NCBI RefSeq assembly: GCF_006345805.1
Contig: NC_043000.1
Coordinates: 56,792,001-56,856,000 of the forward strand
Reading direction: 5' to 3'
From: Octopus sinensis
Lineage: Eukaryota
DNA: 64,000 bases
Under the pieces are notes generated by a model that saw nothing but the letters and a program-made list of their open reading frames with translations, ran no database searches and was not told the DNA's origin. This document shows positions 10,738 through 21,429 of the stretch, in pieces (the stretch's first letter is position 1; the number at the start of each line of letters is the position of its first letter). The position numbers and the translations under genes were made by a program.

Positions 10738-12374
10738 GTAGATAAGGCAATTAGAAGCATGAAAACAGGGAAAGCCCCAGGCCCATCAGGAATTACTGCA
10801 GAGATGCTCAAAATATCTGGTGGTGTCGGCTATAGCTTAGTCACCCGTATAGTTAACCAGGTGATACACGAGGGGGTCATACCCAATGACTGGTGTAGCA
10901 GCATAATAGTCAACTGCTACAAAGGTAAAGGCGACGCCCTAGAGACAAATAACTACAGGGGCATCAAGCTGCTGGATCAGGTAATGAAGGTTACGGAGAG
11001 GGTTGTAGCCCAACTAATTAGAGAGAGAGTTACCTTAGATGATATGCAGTTTGGGTTCGTGCCAGGGAAAAGTACTACTGATGCTATATTCCTGGTAAGA
11101 CAGCTGCAGGAGAAATACCTAGCCAAAGATAAGCCCTTGTACCTGGCTTTTGTTGACTTGGAGAAAGCCTTTGACAGGGTCCCCCGGTCCCTTATCTGGT
11201 GGTCAATGAGGAAACTAGGGATAGAAGAATGGTTGGTGAGAGCTGTGCAAGCCATGTACAGAGACGCTGCTAGTAAGGTGAGGGTTGGCAACGAGTACAG
11301 TGAAGAATTCCGGGTAGAGGTTGGGGTCCACCAAGGTTCAGTCCTCAGTCCCCTCCTATTTATCATAGTCCTCCAGGCAATAACGGAGGAATACAAGACA
11401 GGTTGCCCCTGGGAGCTCCTCTATGCTGATGACCTTGCTCTAATTGCTGAGTCACTATCAGAACTGGAGGAGAAGTTTCAGGTGTGGAAACAAGGATTAG
11501 AATCGAAGGGCCTTAGAATCAACCTAGCCAAAACCAAAGTTCTAATAAGTAGGAAGGTAGATCAATCACAAACGCCTTCAGGTAGATGGCCCTGCTCGAT
11601 CTGTAAAAAAGGTGTAGGTAGAAACTCTATAAGATGCACCAAGTGTAAGCTATGGACACATAAGAGGTGCAGCAATGTCAAAGGAAGGCTAACTAGGAAA
11701 ATAGTTTTTGTCTGTGGCAAATGCTCAGGAGCAATAAACACTGGAAATATGCAGAGACCAACTTCTGCCACGTTCCAGAGAGACAAACTAGAAGTAGTTG
11801 ATAGCTTCCGCTACCTAGGAGACCAAGTCAGTAGCGGGGGTGGGTGTGCTGAAAGTGTAACTGCTAGAGTAAGAATAGCCTGGGCAAAGTTTAGAGAGCT
11901 CTTACCCTGCTGGTGACAAAAGGCCTCTCGCTCAGAGTAAAAGGCAGACTGTATGATGCATGTGTACGTACAGCCATGCTACATGGTAGTGAAACATGGG
12001 CCGTGACTGCTGAGGATATGCGTAAGCTTGCAAGAAATGAAGCCAGTATGCTCCGATGGATGTGTAATGTCAGTGTTCATAATCGTCAGAGTGTAAGTTC
12101 CTTGAGAGAAAAGTTGAACCTAAGAAGCGTCAGTTGTGGCGTGCAAGAGAGACGGCTGCGCTGGTATGGTCATGTGACAAGAAAGGCTGAAGATAGTTGT
12201 GTGCAAAAGTGCTACACCCTAGCAGTGGAGGGAACCTGTGGAAGAGGTAGACCCAGGAAAACCTGGGACGAGGTGGTGAAGCACGACCTTCGAACTTTAG
12301 GTCTCACTAAGGAAATGTCTAGAGACCGAGACCTATGGAAGTATGCTGTGCATGAGAAGACCCGGCAAGACTAG
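10738..12374 (+). pseudogene. RTE reverse transcriptase ORF remnant: RT domain with embedded PHD finger; one frameshift near 11908; endonuclease domain missing
   Basis: Motifs KAPGPSGI, NYRGIKLL, QFGFVPGKSTTDAIF, AFVDLEKAFDRV, GVHQGSVLSPLLF, LLYADDL (YADD 11422-11433), FRYLG, then LYDACVRTAMLHGSETW and RLRWYGHV in the next frame. Stop TAG at 12372-12374. Confidence 0.95.
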
Positions 12375-13800
12375 TCAGGCCATAACCCGTGGCCCCGACC
12401 GGGGACGTAGTCAGTCCTGTGCATACCTTCCTTCTTGTGACACTTATGAAGACCTGTTGAGGCAAGTGAAAATCAAATCAAATCAAAACAAATCAAAATA
12501 GATGAACATCAGAGGAATTGTATTCTTTGTGGTACCAGTGCCGGTGGCACACAAGAAAACCACCCAAACGTGGCCGTAACCAGTACCGCATCGACTGGCC
12601 TCCGTGCTGTGGGCACAACACACACCATCCGAAGACCCGGCGACGTAGTCAGTCCACCTGTGCATACCTTCCCTCTTATGACACTTGTGAAGACCTGTTG
12701 AGGCAGAGGCAAGTGTGTGACACTTGTGGAGACCTGTTGAGGCAAGTGTGTGACCCTTGTGAAGACCTGTTGAGGCAGGTGAAAATCAAACCAAATCAAA
12801 ATAGATGAATATCAATGGAATTTGTATCTTTGTGGTTCCAGTACCGGTGGCACACAAGAAAACCATCCGAACGTGGCCGTCGACTGGCCTCCATGCTGTG
12901 GGCACAACAAACACCATCTGATCGTGGCCGTTCGCCAGCCTCACCTGGCACCTGTGTCGGTGGCACATAAAAACACCATCCAAAGACCCGGCGACGTAGT
13001 CAGTCCACCTGTGCATACCTTCCCTCTTATGACACTTGTGAAGACCTGTTGAGGCAGAGGCAAGTGTGTGACACTTGTGAAGACCTGTTGAGGCAGAGGC
13101 AAGTGTGTGACACTTGTGGAGACCTGTTGAGGCAAGTGTGTGACACGCGTGACACTTGTGAAGACCTGTTGAGGCAAGTGAAATCAAACCAAATCAATAT
13201 AGATGAACATCAATGGAATTTGTATCTTTGTGGTTCCAGTACCGGTGGCACACAAGAAAACCATCCGATCGTGGCCGTTCGCCAGCCACATCTGGCACCT
13301 GTGTCGGTGGCACATAAAGACACCATCCGAAGACCCGGCGACGTAGACAGTCCACCTATGCATACCTTCCTTCTTGTGACACTTGTGAAGACCTGTTGAG
13401 GCAAGTGAAAATCAAATCAAATCAAATCAAATCAAAACAAAAAAAAAAATCAAAACAAATCAAAATAGATGAACATAAATGGAATTTGTATCTTTGTGGT
13501 ACCAGTGCCGGTGGCACACAAGAAAATCATCCGAACGTGGCCGTAGCCAGTACCGCATAGACTGGCCTCCGTGCTTTGGGGACGTAACAAACACCATCCG
13601 ATCGTGGCCGTCCGCCAGCCTCATCTGGCACCTGTGTCGGTGGCACATAAAAACACCATCCGAGCGTGGCCGTCTGCCAGCCTCGTCTGGCACCTGTGTC
13701 GGTGGCACATAAAAACACCATCCGAGCGTGGCCGTTCGCCAGCCTCGTCTGGCACCTGTGTCGGTGGCACATAAAATCACCCACTACACTCTCGGAGTGG
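12375..13800 (+). repeat. Higher-order tandem array inside the RTE 3' UTR
   Basis: Four units starting near 12400, 12634, 12985 and 13332 (gacccggcgacgtag.cagtccacct.tgcataccttcc), each with variable copies of gacacttgtgaagacctgttgaggcaagtg and of ggcacctgtgtcggtggcacataaaaacaccatcc blocks. Confidence 0.9.
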
Positions 13801-13950
13801 TTGGCGTTAGGAAGGGCATCCAGCTGTAGAAACACTGCCAGATCTGACTGGCCTGGTGCAGCCTTCGGGCTCCCCAGACCCCAGTTGAACCGTCCAACCC
13901 ATGCTAGCATGGAAAACGGACGCTAAATGATGATGATGATGATGATGATG

Positions 13951-14004
<54 letters not shown>

Positions 14005-14164
14005 ACAACAAATTAAAGAGAGAAATACAAATGACAATCCAATAATTTATTTATATTATAATATAACATAATATACTATGAATATAATATAACATAAACA
14101 ATTATTTAAAAAAACAAAAAAGCCAACAATTTGTTTTGACTTATATACATTTTTTAATATATAA

Positions 14165-14315
14165 ACCGTCACTTAGCGGTTCAGCAAAAGAGACCGATAG
14201 AATAAGTACTGGGCTTACAAAGAATAAGTCCCGGGGTCGATTTGCTCGACTAAAGGCAGTGCTCCAGCATGGCCGCAGTCAAATGGCTGAAACAAGTAAA
14301 AGAGTAAAAGAGAGT
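14165..14315 (+). mobile_element. CORE-type SINE 3' half (young)
   Basis: acttagcggttcagcaaaagagaccgatagaataagtactgggcttacaaagaataagtcccggggtcg...gtaaaagagtaaaagag. Confidence 0.85.
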
Positions 14316-15409
14316 AAACAATTCAATTTTCTTACATATAAGCCTCATCGGGGCAATTGGTGTGTAGGTAGATGAAATTCCATGTGAAAGAATTGCTGGA
14401 TTGTAGAAAAATTAATTCAAATGCTTATGTATTATAAGCATGAGTGTTAGCCATTGAACTACATATCAATTATATTAAAAATTAAAAAACAACAAAATTA
14501 AAAAGGACAAAATAATTAAGTAAGCAGAATCAACAACTATTGAAATATATTTCTATATATTTCAAATAATATCAATCCAAAGTCGTTTATGTTTAACACA
14601 ATTTTTTGCTATAATAATAGCATACAACAATAATATATATGTATATAATTAAGTATCAGGGTCTTACTTAATCTAGAAACTGTAATAAAATGTGTAAAAA
14701 GATATAAATGATAATTATATTTTTAATATATAATAACTCTTCTATTTATTTAAAGTTATTGATATAAAAAAAAAAGTTGTTTAAAGTAACTAATAAAAAG
14801 TGTTCTAAATTTATTGCTTATCGGTGGGAGAATTCCATAATAAATATGAATAGAAGCTTAACAAAAAATTTCTTTGTTTACTTAATTTATCATAAGGAAA
14901 ATTCCATAATAAATAGGAAGATAAATTTAGAGCTACAAGCACTATTACAAAAATACCACATAGATATAAATTTAGGCTATAATAATGGATATCAAAATAT
15001 TACTAGTTTTTTAGAAGTAATGAGAATTGAAGTTACTTAAATAAGGATTATTATTCGTATAACATTGAGGGGAGAACTCAGTAAATAAAAATTAAGTAAT
15101 ATAAAAAAAACAAAGATTGAGTATTAGTCTTCAATAAATATAATTATTATTTAATTAAAGGACTATATATAGTATATATCCAATTTTTTTTCCTACATGC
15201 TGGTTCATTTACAAACAAACTCTCACACAAGCAGCATGGACTAAAAACTTCTTAAGAAAATACAAAATTGCAATATTTTCACCAATTTCAACGTCATGAT
15301 TAGCAAAACATGAAACTGGTTGACTATCATTATATTCTCTCATTTAAAATATATTAAAAATATATAAATTTATGTGCTTTTTATTATATGTATAGAAAAT
15401 TTTTTAATG

Positions 15410-15620
15410 TCTACTTTTCCATGCTTGCATGGGTTAAATGGAATTTGTTGAGATTTTTTTTATAGCTGGATGCCCTTCCTGTCACCAACCCTTAGCTGTT
15501 TCCAAGCAAAGAAATATTTTTTCATGGCCAGACATGTTTTTGATGGAAGGCTAAAAATGAACAACCATCACTTTTATGACAGTGAGGCAGCTTGTTTACA
15601 ATCATTACATGATGACAAGA
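15410..15620 (-). mobile_element. RTE-related 3' tail fragment (variant subfamily)
   Basis: ttccatgcttgcatgggtt...gctggatgcccttcctgtcaccaacc. Similar copies at 38470-38625 and 39170-39290. Confidence 0.7.
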
Positions 15621-15624
15621 CATG

Positions 15625-15670
<46 letters not shown>

Positions 15671-15688
15671 TGTTTGTGTGTGTGTAAA

Positions 15689-15942
15689 GTAAAATATTCA
15701 CCACTTAAAAATGGATGTTGCATTAGAACATGAATACTGTGATATTATTTGTCAAGAGAGAAACACTCTCATATGGTTTTTTGGTGCATAGAAGCACTTA
15801 GTGGTTATTACTAGCAGCAGACAATCACTGCTACTTCCATTGCCAGGACTACCTGATCACATGACTTCAGCCTCTTTTGGTAAATATCGCAGTATTTGTG
15901 TGTTCTAATACAACATCCACTTTTAAATACTGAATATTTTAC
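15689..15942. mobile_element. MITE with about 55-bp TIRs
   Basis: gtaaaatattcaccacttaaaaatggatgttgcattagaaca... versus ...tgttctaatacaacatccacttttaaatactgaatattttac. A second copy lies at 18334-18697. Confidence 0.75.
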
Positions 15943-16754
15943 CATTTCTTATCATACTGCTTCTGTTGCTCCCCCTTTACTTTTCTCTCTCATCCTTTCT
16001 CTAATTCTTTTCCTCTCCCCTTCACCATTCCCTATCTGTCCCTCTCTCTTTCTCACTCGTCCTCCTTTACTCTCTCATTGCTCAAACGTGACCATCAGCC
16101 ATCTTTCTTTTCCTAACTTGAGCTTCTTTCTTTCCTTTTGATCTGCCACACAGATCACACACATTCTTGTCTGTCTCCTCTCCTATCTTTTCTCTTGTTA
16201 AAGCTTGTTCCTCCAGCATTCACCACCTCGCCTTGTTATGGCATAGCAGCTCTTACTGTTTGTTTTCACTCTCCTGCTTCTGTTACCAACTTTGACCCTC
16301 TGCAAATCCCAAATTTTATTTTGCTTTGCGGGACCAACTGTTTTCTTGAAGACACATCTTGTCATAATTGCTCAAAATGTGGAGTAGATAATATATATAT
16401 ATATATATATATATATAAGAATTGCTTTTGAAAATACACATGGAGCTTAACACAAATTGTAGTTATGAAAACTTTCCACAAATTTATCAAAATACCACTA
16501 CCCTACCAGTTTGTTTTCCGAAGGCAAATAAAAGCACAATGAAAGTTTAAAGGAAAGTGAATGCACAGGGAAAATTCCATAGTGATACAATGCACTTAAT
16601 CAAATGTTTGTGAAAATTCAGGTATTCAAGAAGTTTCACAGTAAAAGGAAATTATAAAAGTTTAAATATTCGATATATTTCATAACAATAATGCATGTTT
16701 GGAAGCTAAATATCTTTCAAAGCAACAAGTTAATATTAGCAGTTAGATATCTTT

Positions 16755-17190
16755 TTTCTTTTTACTTGTTTCAATCATTTGACTGTGGCCATGCTGCAGC
16801 ACCACCCTCAGAAATTTTTAGTCAAATGAATAAATCCCAGTACTTATGTTTTAAACCAGGTACTTAATCTATTGCTCTCTTTTGCCAAACTGCTACGTTA
16901 TGGGGACATAAACCCACCAATACCAGTTGTCAAACAGTAGCAGGGGACAAACACAGACATGAAGACATACACAGGTGTGTGTGTGTGTGTATTATATACA
17001 TATATACATATGTGTGTGTAAGTATATTTGTAACAGGCTTCTTTCTGTATCTATCTACCAAATCCACTCACAAGGCTTTGGCTGGCCCGCAGTTATAAGA
17101 GAAGATGCTTGCCCAAGGTACCACATAATGGGACTGAACTCAGAAGCATGTGATTGGGCAGCATACTTCTTACTAAACAGCCACACCAGA
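16755..17190 (-). mobile_element. Diverged full-length CORE-type SINE
   Basis: Reverse-complement match to the family throughout. Confidence 0.8.
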
Positions 17191-17220
17191 AAATTTTTTT
17201 TTTCCAAGTTCTGTCAGGGT

Positions 17221-17662
17221 GTATAAAGGAGAGTTGCTCATTGTTAGGCTTTGAAATATAGGCTTATGTTCCAATTGGTTATTTATTCAGACATCATTTG
17301 TTTTTGTCCACCTGTAGCCCAGCCTTCTGATTGGCTGACTGCCTATCCACAGAAAATCAACCAGCATAGCCCTGGATTACTATTGGACTAAAACAAGGGA
17401 TCAAAACAGTTGATAAACAAATGACATCCTCAAGCAGTCAACCAACCAGAATGCTGAACTACTGCCAAACCAAAATAAGTGACCAAAACATTTGATAAAC
17501 TAATGACATATACTCAGGCAGTCAGTTAACCAGAAGACCACAAGTGGAGAAAAACAAGTGATGTTTTTGAATAAATAACTGAGTGGAATTGGAGACTATA
17601 TCTTAAAACCTATATATACAAAGTAACATGGGCTTGAATGACAAGCAATTCTCTTCCATATA
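17221..17662. mobile_element. Degenerate fold-back/MITE-like element with internal tandem duplication of about 82 bp
   Basis: The reverse complement of 17271-17344 resembles 17517-17590. The unit tgataaac(a/t)aatgacat...ca(a/g)gcagtca occurs near 17410 and 17492. Confidence 0.5.
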
Positions 17663-18090
17663 CTATAACAGAACTTGTAAAAAGTCATTTTTCTTTTTTT
17701 TTTTTTTCAAAACTTCATCATACTTAATTGCTAGTATTAACTTATTGCTTTGAAACTTATTGGACTCACAATCATGTACTACTGTAAGAAATTGATCAAA
17801 CATTTGAACTTTCATCATTTCCTATTACTGTGAAATTTATTGAATATTTGAATTTTCGTGAACATTTGATTTTTTTAAACGTGTTATTGATAAGGAATTT
17901 TTTTTCCTGTGCATTCACTTTCTTTTAAGCTTCCATCTTGTTTTTTTTTTTTATTTACCATTAAATAAAAAACAAAAACAGTTTTTTTGTAAACAAATTT
18001 GAAAAACTACAACATTATATTATGACCCAGGTACATTTTCAACCACCAGACCAATTCTCCTATATTCTTACTTGTGTGAAAGTAAATCTT

Positions 18091-18135
<45 letters not shown>

Positions 18136-18333
18136 GATACATACATACATATACATACATAGACACAAACACACATATATAAATACATAGAGAGAAAGAG
18201 AGGGAGAAAGAGAGAGAGAAAGAGAGAGAGAAAGAGAGGGAGAAAGAGAGAGAGAAAGAAATAGAGAGAGAGAAAGAGAGAGAGAAAAAGAGAGAGAGAG
18301 AGAGTGTGACAAAGGCAATATTAATGCCAAAAG

Positions 18334-18690
18334 GTAAAATATTCACTACTTAAAAGCAGATGTTGCATTAGAACACACAAATAATGTGATATATACCAAG
18401 AGAGGAAATTCTCATATGGTTATTTACTGCATAAAAGCACACCATAACTATATCCAGTGGCAGACAATCACTGCTACAGCCATTGCCAGGACTACCTGAT
18501 CATGTGATTTTCAGCTTTATTTAGCCTTGTCAATGATAGACACCATGCCATTGGAAATAGCAGCAACTTTTAAGTGGTGAATAGCAATAGCTATGATGTG
18601 CTTTTATGCACCAAATAACCATATAAGAGCTTTCTCACCTGGTATATATTAGTATTTGTGTATTTTATCACTACATCCACTTTCAAGGGA

Positions 18691-18697
<7 letters not shown>
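18334..18697. mobile_element. MITE, longer copy of the 15689 family (about 110-bp inverted arms)
   Basis: Same terminus gtaaaatattcac and shared core gcagacaatcactgctac..ccattgccaggactacctgatca. Confidence 0.75.
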
Positions 18698-18760
<63 letters not shown>

Positions 18761-18767
<7 letters not shown>

Positions 18768-19168
18768 AGCTGCTAGGCACAATATAAAATCATAAAGGAA
18801 AAATTTAATTATCATTAAATGTGACTGAGGGTGCTGAATAATATCTATATTGCAAGAAATAAGAGTTAAAACCCTTAAGGTTGCATAAAGCACACAATTT
18901 ATGTATACTGACAAGGGAGATAACTGCCCTATGAACAAAGCTAGGAGCACTGGACTAGTTTCGTCTGTGAGTTTCAGACTCATCAGCAGTGCCTACTCCA
19001 TTGTTCAGATGGTTTTAGCTAAATCCATCTGTCAATATATATATTTGTCATATAAATTTACAGCTGATTTACTGATATGCTAACATGTATACCAAAAATT
19101 AATATAAACAGGTAGGCACAATATAAAACCATAATGGAAAAATTTTATCATTACTAATTGTGATATAC
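18761..19168 (-). mobile_element. Short hammerhead-containing retroelement with terminal direct repeat (candidate non-LTR retrozyme or PLE derivative), abutting (TA)n
   Basis: taggcacaatataaaa(t/c)cataa(a/t)ggaaaaattt at 18774 and 19113 (period 339 bp), a central canonical HHR, and its 3' end running into (TA)n at about 18695-18760. Confidence 0.6.
18942..18995 (-). ncRNA. Canonical minimal type I hammerhead ribozyme, GUC cleavage site
   Basis: UAG GCACUG CUGAUGA GUCUG aaacuca CAGAC GAAA C UA G UC | CAGUGC UCCUA: intact core, 6-bp stem I (extendable past a bulge), 5-bp stem II, palindromic ACUAGU stem III. Predicted cleavage between 18953 and 18952. Confidence 0.85.
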
Positions 19169-19428
19169 AGAGAGAGAGAGTGAGAGAGAGGGAGCGGAAA
19201 GAGGAAGGCAGTTAGGTAATCAAGTAGATAAACAGATAGAGATACAGTGACCTATGAGAAATTTTTAAGATTTCTTCTTATTAAGTGTTGTTTGTAATAC
19301 ACATATGAATTTAACTGTAGTTTTGAATTAATTGTATCATTAATTAGAAAGTACAATGGAAACCATTAGGAGGGGGAAAAGTTATTGATGAATTGGGAAT
19401 GTGGGCAAGTTATCAACTGGTATCAATA

Positions 19429-19656
19429 TTAACCCTTTCATTACCAACCCAGCCAAAACTGGTTCTGGCTCTGTAGTACAAATGTCTTGTTTTCATAAGT
19501 TTTACATTGAAATATACACCAAACCTTAGTCGTAATTTATGTTCCTAACACTTGTTTAATGATGACTAAGTTATTTTACTAAATTCTTTGTTATACTTAA
19601 AATAATTGAAAGAAACACAGAGCATCTCAAAATAAATACAGTAACGAAAGGGTTAA
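19429..19656. mobile_element. piggyBac-type MITE (family 1), intact with TTAA TSD
   Basis: TTAA-ccctttcattac ... gtaacgaaaggg-TTAA. Confidence 0.85.
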
Positions 19657-19829
19657 GAGTTGAATCGAGCTCAATTTTTCAATTCTAATCAACAAACAGT
19701 GTCAAGATGTAGACTGAAGATGAGCACTACCAAATGAAGAAAAATAATCTAAGAGGCCACAAGAATTTTCTGAGAAAAATAAAGAGGGCAGTTAACATCA
19801 ATTTGCAACAGATGTTGCAAATACTGGGG

Positions 19830-20180
19830 ATCATCATCATCATTATCATCATTATGTCCTTGCTGGCATGTGTTTGATGGCTTGATAGGAACTAGCAAGG
19901 CCAGGGGCTGCACCGGTTTCTAAGGTCTGTTTTGGCTTGGTTTCTCCAGCTGGATGCCCTTCCTAATACCAACCCCTCCACAGAGTGTACTGGATATTTT
20001 TTATGTGGCACCATCACCAGCACTTTTTAAGTGCCATCAGCACCACTGCTTTTTTACATGGCACCAGCATCCATATTAATGCTATTTACGTGGCACCTTG
20101 ATTTTAGGATCTGTTTTGTTGTGATGGGTGTGTCTTCTCAAGTACAGCAATGTACCACATATCTCGATCCTCTGTCATCT
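19830..20180 (-). mobile_element. Diverged RTE 3' end
   Basis: (CAT)n tail, gctggatgcccttcctaataccaacc and ttttatgtggcacc blocks. Confidence 0.7.
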
Positions 20181-20429
20181 CCTTTGTATGGTTCATTGCA
20201 TAAGAACATTACAGAAATATTTTGTATGGAAACAAGAGTTGCAATGAAGAAACCAACGATTTTAAAAGTTAATAAGACAAAAATATTCACCTGTGTTAAA
20301 GAATTTTGTAACAATGACAATGAGTTTTAGTCACAAAAGATATGATATGATGAAAGAAAATTCTGCCAGTTTTTCACTTCAAGGCAAATCATAAAGCAAA
20401 TCATAAATCATAATGAAGACAGTTGCATC

Positions 20430-20883
20430 GAGAGGTGCCAATCTCTAATTGCAGAGGGAACATGTGGAGGGCGTACACCCAAGAAGATGTGGGACGAAGT
20501 GATGAGAAAGGATCTACACATATTGGAACTCACAAAGGAGATGACAGAGAACCAAGACTCTCGGCTGTTTGCTGTGCTTGAAAAGACATATAAAGCTAAG
20601 TAAAAGTGTGGTTGCTTTTGCATAGGGGCTCATCCCTTGCAACCCTCTCCAGCCAAGCATCCCTAATCTTGCAGGCTCATAGGTGCTGGTGCTCTGTAAA
20701 AAGCAGCTGTGCCGGTGCTGTGTAAAAGCACCCAGTACACTCTGTAAAGTGGTTGGCATTAGGAAGGGTACCCAGCCGTAGAAACTATGCCAAAGCAGAC
20801 AGGGGCTCTGAACAGCTCTTCAGCTGGCGCGCTCCTGTCAAGCCATCTAACCCATGAAAGCATGGAAAACAAACTTTAAATTA

Positions 20884-20917
<34 letters not shown>

Positions 20918-20935
20918 GGTGATGATGATGATGAT
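20430..20935 (+). mobile_element. Diverged RTE 3' end (ORF terminus, UTR and (ATG)n tail)
   Basis: Translates to LIAEGTCGGRTPKKMWDEVMRKDLHILELTKEM, homologous to LAVEGTCGRGRPRKTWDEVVKHDLRTLGLTKEM of the RTE at 12200-12330. Confidence 0.8.
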
Positions 20936-20959
20936 GCAACAAAGCAAAACATGGGAATC

Positions 20960-21425
20960 AGAATGCTTGAAAGAAACTGTCATACATGAAGAAGAGATGA
21001 AATTATTGAATAGAGGGATAGTTTGGGCAATAAGCAGAATGCAGCTCATTTATGCCAAAATCATTCAAATGGATCAAAATATTGTCAAATGCTAAAAAAG
21101 GGAATGTTGCCCATCTACTCTGATATAAGAGGTGATAAGAAGATCAATTTTTTCAAGAAGATGGAACCACATGCCATAAAGAAAGATCTTACAAGCCAGG
21201 TAAAGAATTCACAGAATCAAATCACTAAAATGGATTGTTGAAAGTCCCACTCATAATCCAATTGAACACAAATGGGAATATCTTGATAGAAGCTTGCAAG
21301 CAAGATGGTTCAAAATTACATTAATTACAAAACTGAAAGAAACTCTGACCAAAGAGCAGATAAACATGGATCAATCTATTACTGATAATCTAAATAAATC
21401 CATGCCTAATCTGGTGAAAGTGGTA
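20960..21425 (+). pseudogene. Tc1-like DDE transposase remnant
   Basis: Broken frames give KETVIH..., FQEDG.TCH and SPTHNPIEHKWEYLDR (compare Tc1 SPDLNPIENLW). Multiple stops and frameshifts. Confidence 0.65.
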
Positions 21426-21429
21426 ATAT

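Larger units (their letters stand above)
10738..13950 (+). mobile_element. 5'-truncated RTE-clade LINE, about 3.2 kb, inserted in (TA)n, with (ATG)n tail
   Basis: Non-LTR RT ORF, 3' UTR and (GAT)n tail at about 13928-13950, flanked on both sides by (TA)n (10714-10737 and 13951-14003). Confidence 0.95.

Noticed and set aside
12680-12712. RTE 3' UTR hairpin read as a hammerhead (GUGAAGA-CCU..AGG-CAAG)
   Set aside because: It lacks C3 and the GAAA motif and has no third helix or cleavage triplet. Kept only as a bulged stem-loop.
12430-13410. CRISPR-like array (repeated 30-37-bp unit with intervening sequence)
   Set aside because: The intervening segments are themselves repeats rather than unique spacers, spacing is irregular, the array lies inside a LINE 3' UTR, and there are no cas genes in this eukaryotic context.
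14777-15040. NUMT or 87-aa ORF
   Set aside because: Manual translation, including TGA=Trp, gave no recognisable mitochondrial protein or rRNA motif. Left as unassigned.
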